Assembly: GCA_965248535.1 (NCBI GenBank)
Contig: CBDFJR010000005.1
Coordinates: forward strand, 384,001-448,000
Reading direction: 5' to 3'
DNA: 64,000 nucleotides
From: Phormidesmis sp.
GTDB lineage: Bacteria; Cyanobacteriota; Cyanobacteriia; Leptolyngbyales; Leptolyngbyaceae
Positions 18,497 through 30,030 of this stretch are shown piece after piece; positions within the stretch are counted from its first letter, which is position 1, and the number at the start of each line of letters is the position of its first letter. The notes below the pieces were generated by a model, which was not told the origin of the DNA, did not search any database, and saw only the letters and a program-made list of their open reading frames with translations. Position numbers and translations under genes: made by a program.

Positions 18497-18663
18497 CATT
18501 CTAAAAGCAGCAAAGCAAATAGCTGATTTAATCTCAGGGTTAAAGAGCGTTTAGAGAACCCGATCGCCAAATTGACTGAACTGAAGGCTTGCACCCTTCT
18601 CTCCAAGCCTAGACTTTGCCCCACGATCGGAGAGGTTTCCCAAGAAAGGGTGCAAAGTCTGAA

Positions 18664-19773
18664 TTAACGTTTTGCGGCTCCTGCCACTGCGCCTGTGGGT
18701 GCGCTGCCGATCAGTCGTTGCAACTCATCTGGTCGCGAGGTTTTAGACATTGCTGCTTCAAACGTGATCTGTCCAGCTTTATAAAGATCTGCTAGCACTT
18801 TTTCTAGGGTTTGCATTCCTAGTTTTCCGCCCGTCTGAATGGAAGAGTAAATCTGGGCAGTCTTCCCTTCTCGAATCTGGTTTGAGATAGCAGGGGTGAT
18901 CACCATGAGTTCTTGCGCCATGATGCGTCCATACTCACCGGGTTTGGGGTTTTTCTTGGGCACCAGAGTTTGGCTAAAGACGGCCACGAGTGAGTTAGAA
19001 AGCTGCACTCTGACCTGGGTTTGCCGCTCTGCTGGAAACACATCAATCATCCGATCGACCGTTTGAGAAGCCGAACTGGTGTGAAGGGTGCCAAAAACCA
19101 GGTGACCTGTCTCAGCCGCCGAGATCGCCAGGGAGATGGTTTCTAGATCTCGCATTTCGCCGACCAGAATGATATCAGGGTCTTCTCGTAAAGCTGCTTT
19201 GAGGGCGTTTGCAAAGCTCTTAGTATCTTCGCCGAGTTGACGCTGGTGCACCAGACTCTTAACAGGCTCATACACAAACTCGATCGGGTCTTCAATGGTT
19301 AAAATATGCTCGGCTCGTGTGCGATTGATCAGGTCGATCATCGCGGCCAGCGTGGTCGTTTTACCAGAACCTGTTGGGCCCGTCACCAAAATCAAGCCTC
19401 TAGGCTTTTCCGACATTTCTCGCACGACATCAGGAAGCCCCAGTTTTTCAAAGTTAGGAATTTTAGAACTGAGTGCCCGTAAGCACGCCGCGTAGGTGCC
19501 CCGGTCTTTGTAGACGTTGACCCGGAAGCGGGCTAAACCCCGCACCCCATAGGAGCAGTCTAGCTCCCAATTTTGCTCTAGATTTTTGCGCTGGGTGTTG
19601 TTGAGCATACTGAAAATTAGGCGCTGACACTCCTCAGCATTGAGCACTTGGTCGCCAATGGGCTGAAGGTGTCCACTGATCCGAAAATAGGGAGGTAACC
19701 CGGCGGTCAGGTGCAAGTCAGACCCTCCCATCTCGATCAGTTGCTCCATCAGGTCTTCAATCATCAACTCCAT
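18664..19773 (-). CDS. pilT: Type IV pilus retraction ATPase
   Basis: GPTGSGKTT, ALREDPD, LVGEMRD, TLHT, AISNQIREGK. The start is taken at MELMIED (19773). Confidence 0.96.
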   Translation of the reverse strand: MELMIEDLMEQLIEMGGSDLHLTAGLPPYFRISGHLQPIGDQVLNAEECQRLIFSMLNNTQRKNLEQNWELDCSYGVRGLARFRVNVYKDRGTYAACLRALSSKIPNFEKLGLPDVVREMSEKPRGLILVTGPTGSGKTTTLAAMIDLINRTRAEHILTIEDPIEFVYEPVKSLVHQRQLGEDTKSFANALKAALREDPDIILVGEMRDLETISLAISAAETGHLVFGTLHTSSASQTVDRMIDVFPAERQTQVRVQLSNSLVAVFSQTLVPKKNPKPGEYGRIMAQELMVITPAISNQIREGKTAQIYSSIQTGGKLGMQTLEKVLADLYKAGQITFEAAMSKTSRPDELQRLIGSAPTGAVAGAAKR

Positions 19774-19889
19774 ACGGTTTGCTCCTTGGGTACTTGGGGA
19801 TGAATGTCTAGATCGGTTTTTGAAATTGAGTCTACCCCACGATCGCTGGGTCGCGATCGTGGGATCAGTGAGGTGCCAGCAGATAGCAA

Positions 19890-21884
19890 CTAGTCTTGGA
19901 ACCGTGAAGTCGTGCAGTATGGACAGTCTAACCACTCTTGCTGCATCTCTGCGCCGCAGCCTCGACAGGTCAGCGAGCTTTTGCGTTTGGCCCGCAATTC
20001 GGCTTCTAAACCAGTGTCGGTAAAGGTGACCCGTTCGATTTCTTCAAAGGTCGTCAAGCCTGTACGCACTAGATTGAGGCTATAGGAAAGCAAGGTTTGC
20101 ATCCCTTCTTCGACCGCCGTTTCTTTGATTCGTTCAGTGGGTGCCCCCTCCGTAATCAAGGTTTGAATTCGTTCGGTCACCTTCATCACTTCATAGACCC
20201 CCAAGCGCCCTTTATAACCGCCGCCACTGCATTTCTGACATAAGGTGCCGTTGGCTCTGGCTTGATGAATCTCCTGGGGTTGGAGTGTGTTGGCTTTAAA
20301 CAGCGTTAGCTGAGAGTCTCCCGCACTCGATAACCCAAACCGCGCCAGTTCTTCGGTCGAGGGCGTGTAGGGCTGTCTGCACTCATCACAAACTCGACGC
20401 ACAAGGCGTTGAGCCACGACTCCCAAGAGAGCACCTGACACCATAAAGGGTTCGACACCCATCTCATCCAGTCGAGCGATCGCGCCTGCTGCGTCATTGG
20501 TGTGCAAGGTGGTTAAAACCAGGTGCCCGGTGAGGGCGGCCTCGATCGCCGTCTTAGCAGTTTCGCGGTCACGGGTCTCACCGACGAGAATCACATCGGG
20601 ATCTTGCCGCAAGAAAGCCCGAAGCACGGCTGCAAAGTCCATGCCTTTTTCGCGCAGCACCTGCACCTGAGTCAACCCAGGCAGTGAATACTCGATCGGG
20701 TCTTCTACCGTGCTGATATTGACACCGGGATCGTTGCGTTCAGCCAGAGCCGAGTAGAGGGTGGTCGTTTTACCAGACCCGGTAGGGCCTGTGACCAACA
20801 GCAGCCCAAACGGACGACTGACCATTTCTTGAACGGTTTCTAGCGACACGCGATCGGTGATCAGCTTGTCTAAACCCAGTTGAGTCGCCGCGTTGTCCAA
20901 AATCCGCAAGACCACCTTTTCACCGTAACGGCTAGGAAGCGTATTGACTCGAAAGTCAACCTTGCGACCGTCATAGATGCGGCGAATGCGCCCGTCTTGA
21001 GGCACTCGTCTTTCTGCAATATCAAGCAGCGAAATAATTTTGAATCGCGCCGTGACAGCAGGAATAATCTTTTTGGGAAAGGGTTCAAACGCTTCTTGCA
21101 ACACGCCATCTTTGCGAAAGCGAACTCGCAAGACCTCTTCTTGTGGCTCAATATGAATATCTGACACGCCCATTTGCAGGGCTTTAATCAAAATTTTGTT
21201 CACTAAGGCAATGATGGGAGCCGCTTCTGCATCAGAGGCATCTAGATCTTCAGACGAGCTATCGTCAATGTCTTCACCCAGAGACTCTAAGCCTTCTAAG
21301 TCGGACTTGACATCGACTTTTGACTGCTGCTCCATTTGCTTTTGGAGTTCTAGAGCAGTGTCACGGTGTTGTGACATCAAGCGCTGATAGTCTTCTAATG
21401 TGATGACTAATCGCTGGAGGCTCAACCCTTTTGAGCGCAGAATCCGGTTTAGATCGTCTTGAGCGGCCAGGTTGTCGGGGTCAACCATGGCCACCAATAC
21501 AAAGGGTGGTTGAGCGTTGCTCTGGGCCAGGGGTAATAATTTATAGCGGCTACAGATCTCGATCGGGATCAGGGTATCGATCAACTGACTCATCTGATTG
21601 GCCGAGATTTCGCTGATCTCTGGGTCGAGAGACTCCACCCCGTAGAGAATCTTCAGTTCAAATAGCTGTTGCTTTTTATATTGGCGAAGCAGGTCTGGTG
21701 GAAGCGGCTGTCCCTTAATTCTCTCTAAGGCGGTGGCCAGAGACTCACCCGATCGGCGACTCTCAGCGAGGGCCTGGTTTAACTGCTCACTGTTGACAAA
21801 GCCAGACTGGATCAGCTTGTTTCCAAACGGAGAGGAATTGTTTTGGACAATCAGAGCGCGGCGCTGAGAAGAGGAGTTAGTCAT
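19890..21884 (-). CDS. pilB: Type IV pilus assembly ATPase with C-terminal Cys4 zinc ribbon
   Basis: GPTGSGKTT, LRQDPD, TLHTND; C-terminal CRGC...CPYC typical of cyanobacterial PilB1. The start is taken at MTNSS (21884). Confidence 0.95.
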   Translation of the reverse strand: MTNSSSQRRALIVQNNSSPFGNKLIQSGFVNSEQLNQALAESRRSGESLATALERIKGQPLPPDLLRQYKKQQLFELKILYGVESLDPEISEISANQMSQLIDTLIPIEICSRYKLLPLAQSNAQPPFVLVAMVDPDNLAAQDDLNRILRSKGLSLQRLVITLEDYQRLMSQHRDTALELQKQMEQQSKVDVKSDLEGLESLGEDIDDSSSEDLDASDAEAAPIIALVNKILIKALQMGVSDIHIEPQEEVLRVRFRKDGVLQEAFEPFPKKIIPAVTARFKIISLLDIAERRVPQDGRIRRIYDGRKVDFRVNTLPSRYGEKVVLRILDNAATQLGLDKLITDRVSLETVQEMVSRPFGLLLVTGPTGSGKTTTLYSALAERNDPGVNISTVEDPIEYSLPGLTQVQVLREKGMDFAAVLRAFLRQDPDVILVGETRDRETAKTAIEAALTGHLVLTTLHTNDAAGAIARLDEMGVEPFMVSGALLGVVAQRLVRRVCDECRQPYTPSTEELARFGLSSAGDSQLTLFKANTLQPQEIHQARANGTLCQKCSGGGYKGRLGVYEVMKVTERIQTLITEGAPTERIKETAVEEGMQTLLSYSLNLVRTGLTTFEEIERVTFTDTGLEAELRAKRKSSLTCRGCGAEMQQEWLDCPYCTTSRFQD

Positions 21885-22323
21885 GATGGCTGAACGAAGA
21901 TCTCCTTGTAAAATGTTCCCAAAAAATTTAGAAAGACTCGTCAAATCTCTCACCGAAATTGCCGAAGCCAGGGAGGGGGCGTGGAATGCTCCATCAAACC
22001 TGAAGGTCTTAGTCGCCATTTGCTGATTGCACGGCGATCGCAATAGAGAAGTTGGTACAGATGATAGCGGTTGTCGATAGCTCTCGTCAGAGTTTTCTAG
22101 GACTATTTTGAGAAGATCCTTTTTTGGTGCCTGCATTTTAAGAGCCAGCAGTGACTTTGCCCCGATCGCTGTTAATGAAATTCAGTCAGAATGCTTTAGT
22201 CAGGATATGATCCATTACGTTTGATAGGTCGCAGAAGCCTGGCATCCTGTAAACGATGATTAGGTAGGATGAAAGGGAGCCTTGACTAAGGTAAGCGATC
22301 TTTAATGAGGGGATAAGCGCACG

Positions 22324-23025
22324 ATGATTGACGAAGAAAATCAGCTAGAAGAGGCTCAAGCCTCAGCAACGACTTCAGAAGGGGTGCCGATCGGCGGAGA
22401 TGAGACCGAGGTGCAAGCGTCTGATGTGCCGCTAGGAGCCGAGACTGCTCTCCCTGAGAATGCGGTAGAAGACGACACCGACTATGAAGCAGCGTTTATG
22501 GATCTGCGCTCAACCTTTGCAACTAAGGAACGAGAGTTAGAAGCTCTCAAGGCGCAGCTAGAAGACCGAAACAATCAATATCTGCGAATTGTGGCGGATT
22601 TTGAAAACTTCCGCAGACGAACTCAGAAGGAGAAAGAAGACTTAGAGCAACAGGTCAAGTGCTCTACGCTGAATGAGTTGCTGCCCGTGGTCGATAACTT
22701 TGAGCGGGCCCGATCGCACATCAAACCCCAAACCGATGGGGAAATGAACATTCACAAAAGTTATCAAAGTGTTTATAAGCAACTGGTGGATTGTCTCAAA
22801 CGGGTCGGGGTTGCGCCGATGCGATCGGATGGCAAGGAGTTTGACCCCAACCTCCATGAAGCCGTGATGCGAGAACCCACCAGCGAACATCCCGAAGGCA
22901 CGGTGATTGAGGAGCTAGTGCGGGGCTATATGCTGGGCGATCGCGTTTTACGACACGCTATGGTTAAAGTAGCCGCCCCACCCGAAAACGAGGGTGACTC
23001 GGCAACTGCCGAAGCGGCTGAGTGA
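22324..23025 (+). CDS. grpE: Nucleotide exchange factor GrpE
   Basis: ADFENFRRR, LLPVVDNFERA, FDPNLHEAV, GYMLGDRVLRHAMVKV. Confidence 0.97.
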   Translation: MIDEENQLEEAQASATTSEGVPIGGDETEVQASDVPLGAETALPENAVEDDTDYEAAFMDLRSTFATKERELEALKAQLEDRNNQYLRIVADFENFRRRTQKEKEDLEQQVKCSTLNELLPVVDNFERARSHIKPQTDGEMNIHKSYQSVYKQLVDCLKRVGVAPMRSDGKEFDPNLHEAVMREPTSEHPEGTVIEELVRGYMLGDRVLRHAMVKVAAPPENEGDSATAEAAE

Positions 23026-23281
23026 TCCCAACCTCCAAAGGTGGCGTTTTATTGCGGTCAGACAAAAGCCCGTGCTACGCTCAAAACCAAGTAATTTAAG
23101 GCTTGGTGTCTGTTTGATCTGCAGCTATTACGTTACAAATATTTGGGGATGGGGAATAATTCGGATTAAGCAACTGAGTGGGTGAATAACTTTCGTGAGT
23201 CATTACGAAAAACTCATGCTATCAGTGGCATCAATCTCTCAAGTCTGCATTCATCTCGCATAATCTTCACCGACGCTAGCT

Positions 23282-25246
23282 ATGGGAAAAGTCATTGGTA
23301 TCGACTTAGGCACGACCAACAGTTGCGTTGCTGTCTTAGAGGGCGGTCAGCCCGTTGTCATTTCTAACTCTGAGGGCGGCAGAACCACCCCTAGCATGGT
23401 TGGCTTTGGCAAAGCTGGCGATCGGTTGGTGGGTCAACTAGCCAAACGTCAGGCTGTCACAAATGCTGAAAACACGATTTTTAGCATCAAACGCTTTATT
23501 GGTCGCCGTTGGGACGATACCCAGACAGAGCGTTCTCGCGTTCCCTACAACTGTGTCAAGGGCAAAGATGACACCGTAGACGTGCAGATTCGGGGGCGAA
23601 ACTATACTCCTCAAGAAATCTCAGCCATGATTCTGCAAAAACTCAAGCAGGATGCTGAGAACTATTTAGGAGAGACGGTGACGCAAGCCGTGATCACAGT
23701 TCCCGCTTATTTTAGTGATGCTCAACGTCAAGCCACGAAAGACGCAGGCACGATCGCCGGTCTAGAAGTGCTGCGAATTATCAATGAACCGACGGCTGCT
23801 GCCCTGGCCTATGGTTTAGACAAGCAAGATCAAGAACAGTGCGTTCTCGTATTTGACTTGGGAGGTGGCACCTTCGACGTGTCAATTCTTCAGTTGGGAG
23901 ACGGCGTTTTTGAAGTCAAAGCTACCTCTGGCAACAACCACTTGGGCGGCGATGACTTTGACGACTGCATCGTGCAGTGGATGATTGAGGCGTTTCGCCA
24001 GCAAGAAACCATCGATCTCTCGGTAGATAAGATGGCCCTGCAACGTCTGCGAGAGGCCGCAGAAAAAGCCAAGATTGAGCTTTCTGGCACGTTGAGCACC
24101 TCTATAAATTTGCCGTTTATCACGGCTGATGACACGGGCCCCAAGCATTTAGAAACTGAGTTGACCCGCTCTAAATTTGAAGAGCTTGCCAGCACCTTGA
24201 TCCAAAACACGATCGAGCCGATGCGACAGGCGCTCAAAGACGCTGAGTTAACGATCGACGAAATCGATCGGATTATTTTGGTGGGCGGTTCCACGCGCAT
24301 CCCGGCTGTTCAAGATGCGTTGCGTAAATTCTTTAATGGCAAAGCGCCCGATCGCTCCATTAACCCTGACGAGGCCGTTGCCCTAGGCGCAGCCATCCAA
24401 GCTGGGGTGCTCGGTGGAGAAGTTAAAGATCTGCTGCTGCTGGATGTGACCCCCCTCTCTCTGGGAATCGAAACCTTGGGAGAAGTCTTCACCAGAGTGA
24501 TCGAGCGCAACACCACCATTCCCACGAGCAAAACTCAAGTCTTCTCGACGGCCACCGACGGACAAACCTCGGTTGAGATTCACGTCTTGCAGGGTGAGCG
24601 AGCGATGGCAAAAGACAACAAGAGTCTGGGCAAATTTCAACTGACGGGCATTCCACCCGCACCTCGCGGCGTTCCACAAATTGAGGTTGCCTTTGACATT
24701 GATGCCAACGGCATTCTCAAAGTTTCTGCCCGCGATAAGGGCACTAATCGTGAACAGAGCATCGAAATCTCGAATACTGGCGGCTTGAGCGGTAGTGAGA
24801 TTGAGCGCATGAAGCAAGAGGCAGAAGTCTTTGCCGAAGAAGATATTCGGCGGAAGCATCGCGTTGAGCTACGAAACAAGGCAGACAACTTGTTTTCTAG
24901 CTATGAGTCTACGATGCGAGACAATGGCGAGTTTATCAGCACTAGCCTGAAGGATCAGGCCAACGAAAAAGTCGCTGAACTGAAAACTGCGATCGCCGAC
25001 CCCAAAATCAGCATTGAGGATCTAACGCAAAAAGTGGATGCGCTGCAACAGATTTTGTTTGCGATCGGCGCTGCCGTCTATGGAGGTCTCAATCAAGACA
25101 GCGAAGACTTTGGCCAATCATCCAGCAACGGCGCTCCCAAGAAACCTGCTTCTAACAGCGATTTTGACTTTGATAACGACGCGACTATTCCAGCAGATTT
25201 TGCAAATGATGCTACGATTACGGCTGACTATGAAGCAGTAGATTAA
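23282..25246 (+). CDS. dnaK: Molecular chaperone DnaK (Hsp70)
   Basis: [37 protein letters not shown]. Confidence 0.98.
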   Translation: MGKVIGIDLGTTNSCVAVLEGGQPVVISNSEGGRTTPSMVGFGKAGDRLVGQLAKRQAVTNAENTIFSIKRFIGRRWDDTQTERSRVPYNCVKGKDDTVDVQIRGRNYTPQEISAMILQKLKQDAENYLGETVTQAVITVPAYFSDAQRQATKDAGTIAGLEVLRIINEPTAAALAYGLDKQDQEQCVLVFDLGGGTFDVSILQLGDGVFEVKATSGNNHLGGDDFDDCIVQWMIEAFRQQETIDLSVDKMALQRLREAAEKAKIELSGTLSTSINLPFITADDTGPKHLETELTRSKFEELASTLIQNTIEPMRQALKDAELTIDEIDRIILVGGSTRIPAVQDALRKFFNGKAPDRSINPDEAVALGAAIQAGVLGGEVKDLLLLDVTPLSLGIETLGEVFTRVIERNTTIPTSKTQVFSTATDGQTSVEIHVLQGERAMAKDNKSLGKFQLTGIPPAPRGVPQIEVAFDIDANGILKVSARDKGTNREQSIEISNTGGLSGSEIERMKQEAEVFAEEDIRRKHRVELRNKADNLFSSYESTMRDNGEFISTSLKDQANEKVAELKTAIADPKISIEDLTQKVDALQQILFAIGAAVYGGLNQDSEDFGQSSSNGAPKKPASNSDFDFDNDATIPADFANDATITADYEAVD

Positions 25247-25437
25247 TCAAAACTATTCAGGTCTATTCGATCAAAGCCTTTGATTCACCAAAGTTTGTGA
25301 CCTCATCCTCATCCGTTCGCTAGATTTCTTGCATAAATGCTAGATTTAGGTCTGAAGCGTCGATTTTGACTTAGCCAAAATTGTGACTCGTGAGAAGTTT
25401 GAGAACCTAGCCCCCTCTACCCCTGACACAGCGTTCT

Positions 25438-26571
25438 ATGGCTCGTGACTATTATGAAGTTCTTGGTGTCGCTCGTGAAGCAGACAAGGAAGAAATTAAG
25501 CAAGCCTATCGCCGTTTAGCTCGCAAATATCACCCCGATGTCAATAAAGAGACGGGAGCCGAAGAGCGGTTTAAAGAAATTAATCTGGCTTATGAAGTGC
25601 TTTCAGAACCCGACAACCGCGCCCGCTACGATCGATTTGGCGAGGCAGGAGTTGGCTCGGCGGCGGGTGCTGGCTTTGATGTCGGCGACATGGGAGGCTT
25701 TGCAGACATCTTTGAAAGCTTCTTTAATGGCTTTTCGGGCGGTGCTCCTGGCGGTCAACAAACCGCTCGACGACGAGGCGGCCCCGTTAGAGGCGATGAC
25801 CTGCGGCTAGACCTGAAGCTCGATTTTCGGGAAGCTGTCTTTGGTGGCGAAAAAGAAATTCGCATCAGCCACTTAGAAACCTGCACGAACTGTACTGGCT
25901 CAGGCGCAAAGCCTGGAACCCGTCCCCGCACCTGTTCGACCTGTTCTGGGGCGGGGCAAGTTCGTCGAGCCACACGCACCCCTTTTGGCAGCTTTACTCA
26001 AGTCTCGGTCTGCCCAACCTGCAATGGAACGGGGCAGGTCGTTGAAGAAAAGTGTGAAGTTTGCGGCGGCGATGGGCAACGCCAAGAAACTAAGAAGCTC
26101 AAAATCACCATCCCGGCTGGGGTAGACAACGGCACTCGCCTGCGAGTTTCAGAGGCAGGTGACGCAGGGCAGCGCAATGGCCCGCCGGGCGATCTCTATG
26201 TCTATCTATTCATCAACGAAGATGCTGAGTTTCAGCGAGAGGGCATCAACATCTTGTCTGAGATCAAGGTGAGCTACCTGCAAGCAATTTTGGGGAGTCG
26301 TCTAGAGATCAACACTGTAGACGGCACCGAAGAGTTAACCGTTCCGCCCGGAACGCAGCCAGACACGGTTTTGACATTAGAAAGCCGAGGGGTGCCCAAG
26401 TTAGGAAACCCGGTGAGCCGAGGCGATCATCTGATTACGATTTCAGTCGATATCCCAGCCCGCATTAGCGTCGAAGAGCGAGAATTGCTGGAGAAACTGG
26501 CGAAAATTCGGGGCGATCGGGTCGGAAAAGGCGGAATTGAAGGGTTTTTCGGTAAGGTGTTTGGCGGATGA
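25438..26571 (+). CDS. dnaJ: Molecular chaperone DnaJ
   Basis: J domain with HPD, G/F region, four CxxCxGxG repeats. Confidence 0.98.
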   Translation: MARDYYEVLGVAREADKEEIKQAYRRLARKYHPDVNKETGAEERFKEINLAYEVLSEPDNRARYDRFGEAGVGSAAGAGFDVGDMGGFADIFESFFNGFSGGAPGGQQTARRRGGPVRGDDLRLDLKLDFREAVFGGEKEIRISHLETCTNCTGSGAKPGTRPRTCSTCSGAGQVRRATRTPFGSFTQVSVCPTCNGTGQVVEEKCEVCGGDGQRQETKKLKITIPAGVDNGTRLRVSEAGDAGQRNGPPGDLYVYLFINEDAEFQREGINILSEIKVSYLQAILGSRLEINTVDGTEELTVPPGTQPDTVLTLESRGVPKLGNPVSRGDHLITISVDIPARISVEERELLEKLAKIRGDRVGKGGIEGFFGKVFGG

Positions 26572-26804
26572 GTAGCTCTGATTCTCTGACCATGCCGATG
26601 GATCTGCGGGGCACCCCTTGCCCGATTAACTTTGTTCGCACTAAACTGCGTCTAGAGCAGATGCAGCCCGGTTCTTTGCTAGAAGTTTGGCTTGACCCAG
26701 GAGAGCCGATCGAGCAGGTGCCCGACAGTTTGACGATGGAAGGATATCGCGTTGAGGCGATCGAAGAGCGATCGGGGTTCTTTGCGGTGAAAGTCCGGTG
26801 CTAG
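26568..26804 (+). CDS. TusA/SirA-family sulfurtransferase
   Basis: [15 protein letters not shown] motif; ATGA overlap with dnaJ. Confidence 0.9.
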   Translation: MSSSDSLTMPMDLRGTPCPINFVRTKLRLEQMQPGSLLEVWLDPGEPIEQVPDSLTMEGYRVEAIEERSGFFAVKVRC

Positions 26805-26817
26805 TCTCGAAAGGCTC

Positions 26818-27951
26818 TTGATTATGAGTTCTGAGTCAGAATTAACCTGCGGGTCTGATGAGATCAATTCTTTGCCGAAGTCAGCACCTCTTTTGGGCAA
26901 GGTCTTAGCGGTTCAAGCAAATTATTATTGGGTGCGGCTAGAGGGTAAGCAGCCGAAACTGATGCTGTTGTGCACTCGGCGATCGCTCTTAAAAAAGATT
27001 GGTCAACGGGTGATGGTGGGCGATCGGGTGCGCGTTGAGGAGCCAGATTGGACTCAAGGAAGTGGGGCGATCGCCGAGATTTTTCCTCGGCGTTCTGAAT
27101 TAGATCGCCCGCCGATCGCTAATGCCGATCAAATTCTTTTAGTCTTCGCGCTGGCAGAACCCCCGATCGAGCCTTATCAACTCAGCAGATTTCTCATCAA
27201 GGCTGAATCAACTGGCTCAGAGGTCTGTCTTTGCTTGAGTAAGAGCGACCTCGCAACGTTAGAAGAGCGGCACCATTGGTCAGAGCGATTAGCAGCCTGG
27301 GGCTACAGACCGCTTTTTATCAGCGTGCGTCAGAGCAGGGGTCTGGCAGAGATTAACGATCGCCTCAGTCAAAAAATTACCGTGGTCGCTGGCCCGTCAG
27401 GGGTAGGCAAGTCGAGTCTGATCAATCAACTGATTCCCGCTGCAAATTTGCGAACGGCGGCAGTGTCGGGCAAACTGGCAAAGGGTCGCCACACCACGCG
27501 CCATACAGAGCTATTTGAGTTGCCCTTGGGCGGGCTGCTAGCCGATACGCCTGGGTTTAATCAGCCGGATCTAGACCGCTCTCCAGAAGATTTGGCGGGC
27601 TATTTTCCAGAAATTCGGCAGAGATTAGCAGAGGCAAGATGTCAGTTTAATGATTGTATGCACCGCGATGAGCCAGGGTGTGTGGTGCGGGGAGAATGGG
27701 AGCGCTATGAGCACTATCTGACGTTTTTAGGAGAAGCGATCGTCTTTCAAGCTCATCTCAATCAGCAGTCTGACCCCGATGCCATGATGAAGCTCAAAAG
27801 CAAAAAGGGTGAAGCACAATACGAACCTAGACTGGACACGAAAAAATATCGCCAAGAGTCACGGCGAACTCGTCAACAGTCACTGCAATCGCTCAAACAT
27901 GATATCGATCGGCTGATGAAAAGCGATGAAGATGAGAATGGTGTGAATTAG
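26818..27951 (+). CDS. rsgA: Ribosome small subunit-dependent GTPase
   Basis: SKSD, GPSGVGKSS, GRHTT, DTPG and CQFNDCMHRDEPGC. Confidence 0.95.
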   Translation: MIMSSESELTCGSDEINSLPKSAPLLGKVLAVQANYYWVRLEGKQPKLMLLCTRRSLLKKIGQRVMVGDRVRVEEPDWTQGSGAIAEIFPRRSELDRPPIANADQILLVFALAEPPIEPYQLSRFLIKAESTGSEVCLCLSKSDLATLEERHHWSERLAAWGYRPLFISVRQSRGLAEINDRLSQKITVVAGPSGVGKSSLINQLIPAANLRTAAVSGKLAKGRHTTRHTELFELPLGGLLADTPGFNQPDLDRSPEDLAGYFPEIRQRLAEARCQFNDCMHRDEPGCVVRGEWERYEHYLTFLGEAIVFQAHLNQQSDPDAMMKLKSKKGEAQYEPRLDTKKYRQESRRTRQQSLQSLKHDIDRLMKSDEDENGVN

Positions 27952-27956
27952 TTTCG

Positions 27957-29186
27957 CTAGCGAATCAGCAAAACCGCCGATTGTAGCAGACCAATCACAA
28001 AGCCGAGAATTCCGCCCAGATTGACGATCGCTTGCAGTTCACTTTTGACAATGCCGTTAATCGCGTTCTCTAAATCTGCGGGAGACGTAGCTTTGACGCG
28101 ATCGGTAATCACCTGATCGATATTCAAAATCGGAATCGCCTGAGCCACGATCGTTTCAAGATCTCGCTCCAGATATCGCTCTAAAATCAACGCCAACTCC
28201 TGACTGATCACTTCTAATGAGCCAGTCACCGCGTCTGACGTTTGCAGCCGAGTCAAAATTACCGATGCCACGTTTTCCCAATCGACCGACTCACTTAAGC
28301 CCTGCAACACTTCAGCCCCTCGGTCTTGCAGATAGTGCCGGACGCTTTCGCGCATGGTTTTGCGGAGTTGTCGAACGGTCGAAACGGGGAGATTTTGCAG
28401 CGACAGGTTTTGCAGCCATTCTTTTAGGCGCGATTTAACGCCCAGCGAGAAGACCAACTCTGCCAAAACGGTGTTGCAGGCTTCTTTCTCGTCTAAACAA
28501 AAAGCGCGTAGGCGAACCAGCGAGTTGCGAACTCCAAAAAGATTAGCGACCACCCAATAAGTGCCGCTCGTTTTTTCGCGAAAGCCCTCGTCAATGACTT
28601 GAATATTGCGATCGGTCAAAAAATCAATCAACACCTGACGAATGCGATCGGGCGGTGCCACCACTTGAGTCACCCAATCTGCTAGCTTTCCCGACTGATC
28701 ATCATTGAGTTGAAACTCTAGAATCACGCGATCGAAAATCTGATTCAACTGCTCTTCTAGAAACTCTTCGCGCCGTGCCAGCACCTTGAGAAGCCGCGGC
28801 AGTGACTGTCCAAACAAATCGCGCAAAATGTTTGCCAGGATTTTGGCAGTTTTCTGCTCTTTGTCTGATTCAAGCTGCTCTAGCGCTAGTTTTAGTAGCC
28901 ACAGCAAAGCACTCTGCACCCGCTCAGTTTGCAGCAGCCGCCGAGCCAATTTTTGCAATTCGTCGGGAGTCAACAACGACCCCATGATCGTGTCAGAGAT
29001 GCGTTTGGCGAGGCGTTCTTGATTGCGAGGAATCAGACCGGGCGTGAAGGGAACGCGCTGTTTTCCCAGATAGAGGGCCCGATAGGGGCGAAACAGCATT
29101 TTGATAGCGACATCATTGGTGAAATATCCAATAATTCCGCCAACAACTGGAGGAGCGACAAAAAGCCAGAGCGTAGAAAGATCCAA
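27957..29186 (-). CDS. DUF445-family membrane protein
   Basis: [17 protein letters not shown]-terminus and [14 protein letters not shown]-terminus. Confidence 0.88.
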   Translation of the reverse strand: MDLSTLWLFVAPPVVGGIIGYFTNDVAIKMLFRPYRALYLGKQRVPFTPGLIPRNQERLAKRISDTIMGSLLTPDELQKLARRLLQTERVQSALLWLLKLALEQLESDKEQKTAKILANILRDLFGQSLPRLLKVLARREEFLEEQLNQIFDRVILEFQLNDDQSGKLADWVTQVVAPPDRIRQVLIDFLTDRNIQVIDEGFREKTSGTYWVVANLFGVRNSLVRLRAFCLDEKEACNTVLAELVFSLGVKSRLKEWLQNLSLQNLPVSTVRQLRKTMRESVRHYLQDRGAEVLQGLSESVDWENVASVILTRLQTSDAVTGSLEVISQELALILERYLERDLETIVAQAIPILNIDQVITDRVKATSPADLENAINGIVKSELQAIVNLGGILGFVIGLLQSAVLLIR

Positions 29187-29236
29187 GGCAGCCGTTTTGA
29201 GTGAAGGTGGGAGGCGTGAGTCTCAAACTGAGAACT

Positions 29237-29932
29237 CTATTTCTGTATCACTAACACTCCCATCGTACCCCCGGCAGTGGGATAGTGTGTGGCAGACGCA
29301 AATCCGGCTTGGTTGGCAAGGCTGACTTGCTTGGCACCCGTCGGAAATTTGTCGAGACTGGGAGCGATGTAGGCATATTCTTCGGTGAAGCCCAGCCGAT
29401 GCGCCGCCGGAACCACCACTTCGTCGAGATACCACTTCTGAAACGATCGCACCCACGCGTTACTAGGACGGTGCATATCAAGAATGGCGGCTTTGGCACC
29501 TGGCTTAAGAACTCGGTGAATTTCTTTCAAACTGAGCAAAATATCGGTGACGTTTCGCAGACCATAGCCCATCGTGGCGCAATCAAACTGGTTGCCCTCA
29601 AAGGGAAGCGTTAAAACATCCGATTCGACCCAGTGAATGGGCGGTTTGAGGCAGCGACGATCGCCGCGATCGTGCGCCACCTGCAACTGAGCCGAAGAAA
29701 AATCAACGCCATAAACCTGCCCCGTTTTGCCCACTTTTTCGGCTAACATCTGGGCAATATCCCCACTGCCACAGCACAGATCGACACAGCGATCGCCGGG
29801 TTTAGCGCCGCTCCACTTGACCGTCATTTGTTTCCAGACGCGGTGCTGACCGAAACTGAGAACCGTATTTAGCTCATCGTAAACAGGAGCGATGCGATCG
29901 AACAGAGCTTGGATTTGATCAGAATTCATCAA
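29237..29932 (-). CDS. menG: MenG/UbiE methyltransferase (phylloquinone pathway)
   Basis: FDRIAPVYD, DLCCGSGD, GYGLRNV, RVLKPG. Confidence 0.9.
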   Translation of the reverse strand: MMNSDQIQALFDRIAPVYDELNTVLSFGQHRVWKQMTVKWSGAKPGDRCVDLCCGSGDIAQMLAEKVGKTGQVYGVDFSSAQLQVAHDRGDRRCLKPPIHWVESDVLTLPFEGNQFDCATMGYGLRNVTDILLSLKEIHRVLKPGAKAAILDMHRPSNAWVRSFQKWYLDEVVVPAAHRLGFTEEYAYIAPSLDKFPTGAKQVSLANQAGFASATHYPTAGGTMGVLVIQK

Positions 29933-29953
29933 TTTTGGAGTGAAAACCCAATG

Positions 29954-29999
29954 AAAAAAGCAGATAGTTAGAATTCTAAATTTTAAATACCTGCTTTTT
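29954..29999. terminator. Terminator-like hairpin after the response regulator gene
   Basis: AAAAAGCAG...CTGCTTTTT inverted repeat. Confidence 0.5.
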
Positions 30000-30030
30000 G
30001 GCCATACGCTGCTAAATCGTAAGAATCGGT

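Noticed and set aside
19774..22136. N-terminal extensions of pilT (to 19935) and pilB (to 22136) in the ORF track
   Set aside because: The extensions are non-conserved-looking and one overlaps pilB. Downstream ATGs (19773, 21884) give family-typical starts.
22137..23281. CIRCE/HrcA operator upstream of grpE or dnaK
   Set aside because: I found no TTAGCACTC-N9-GAGTGCTAA-like inverted repeat.
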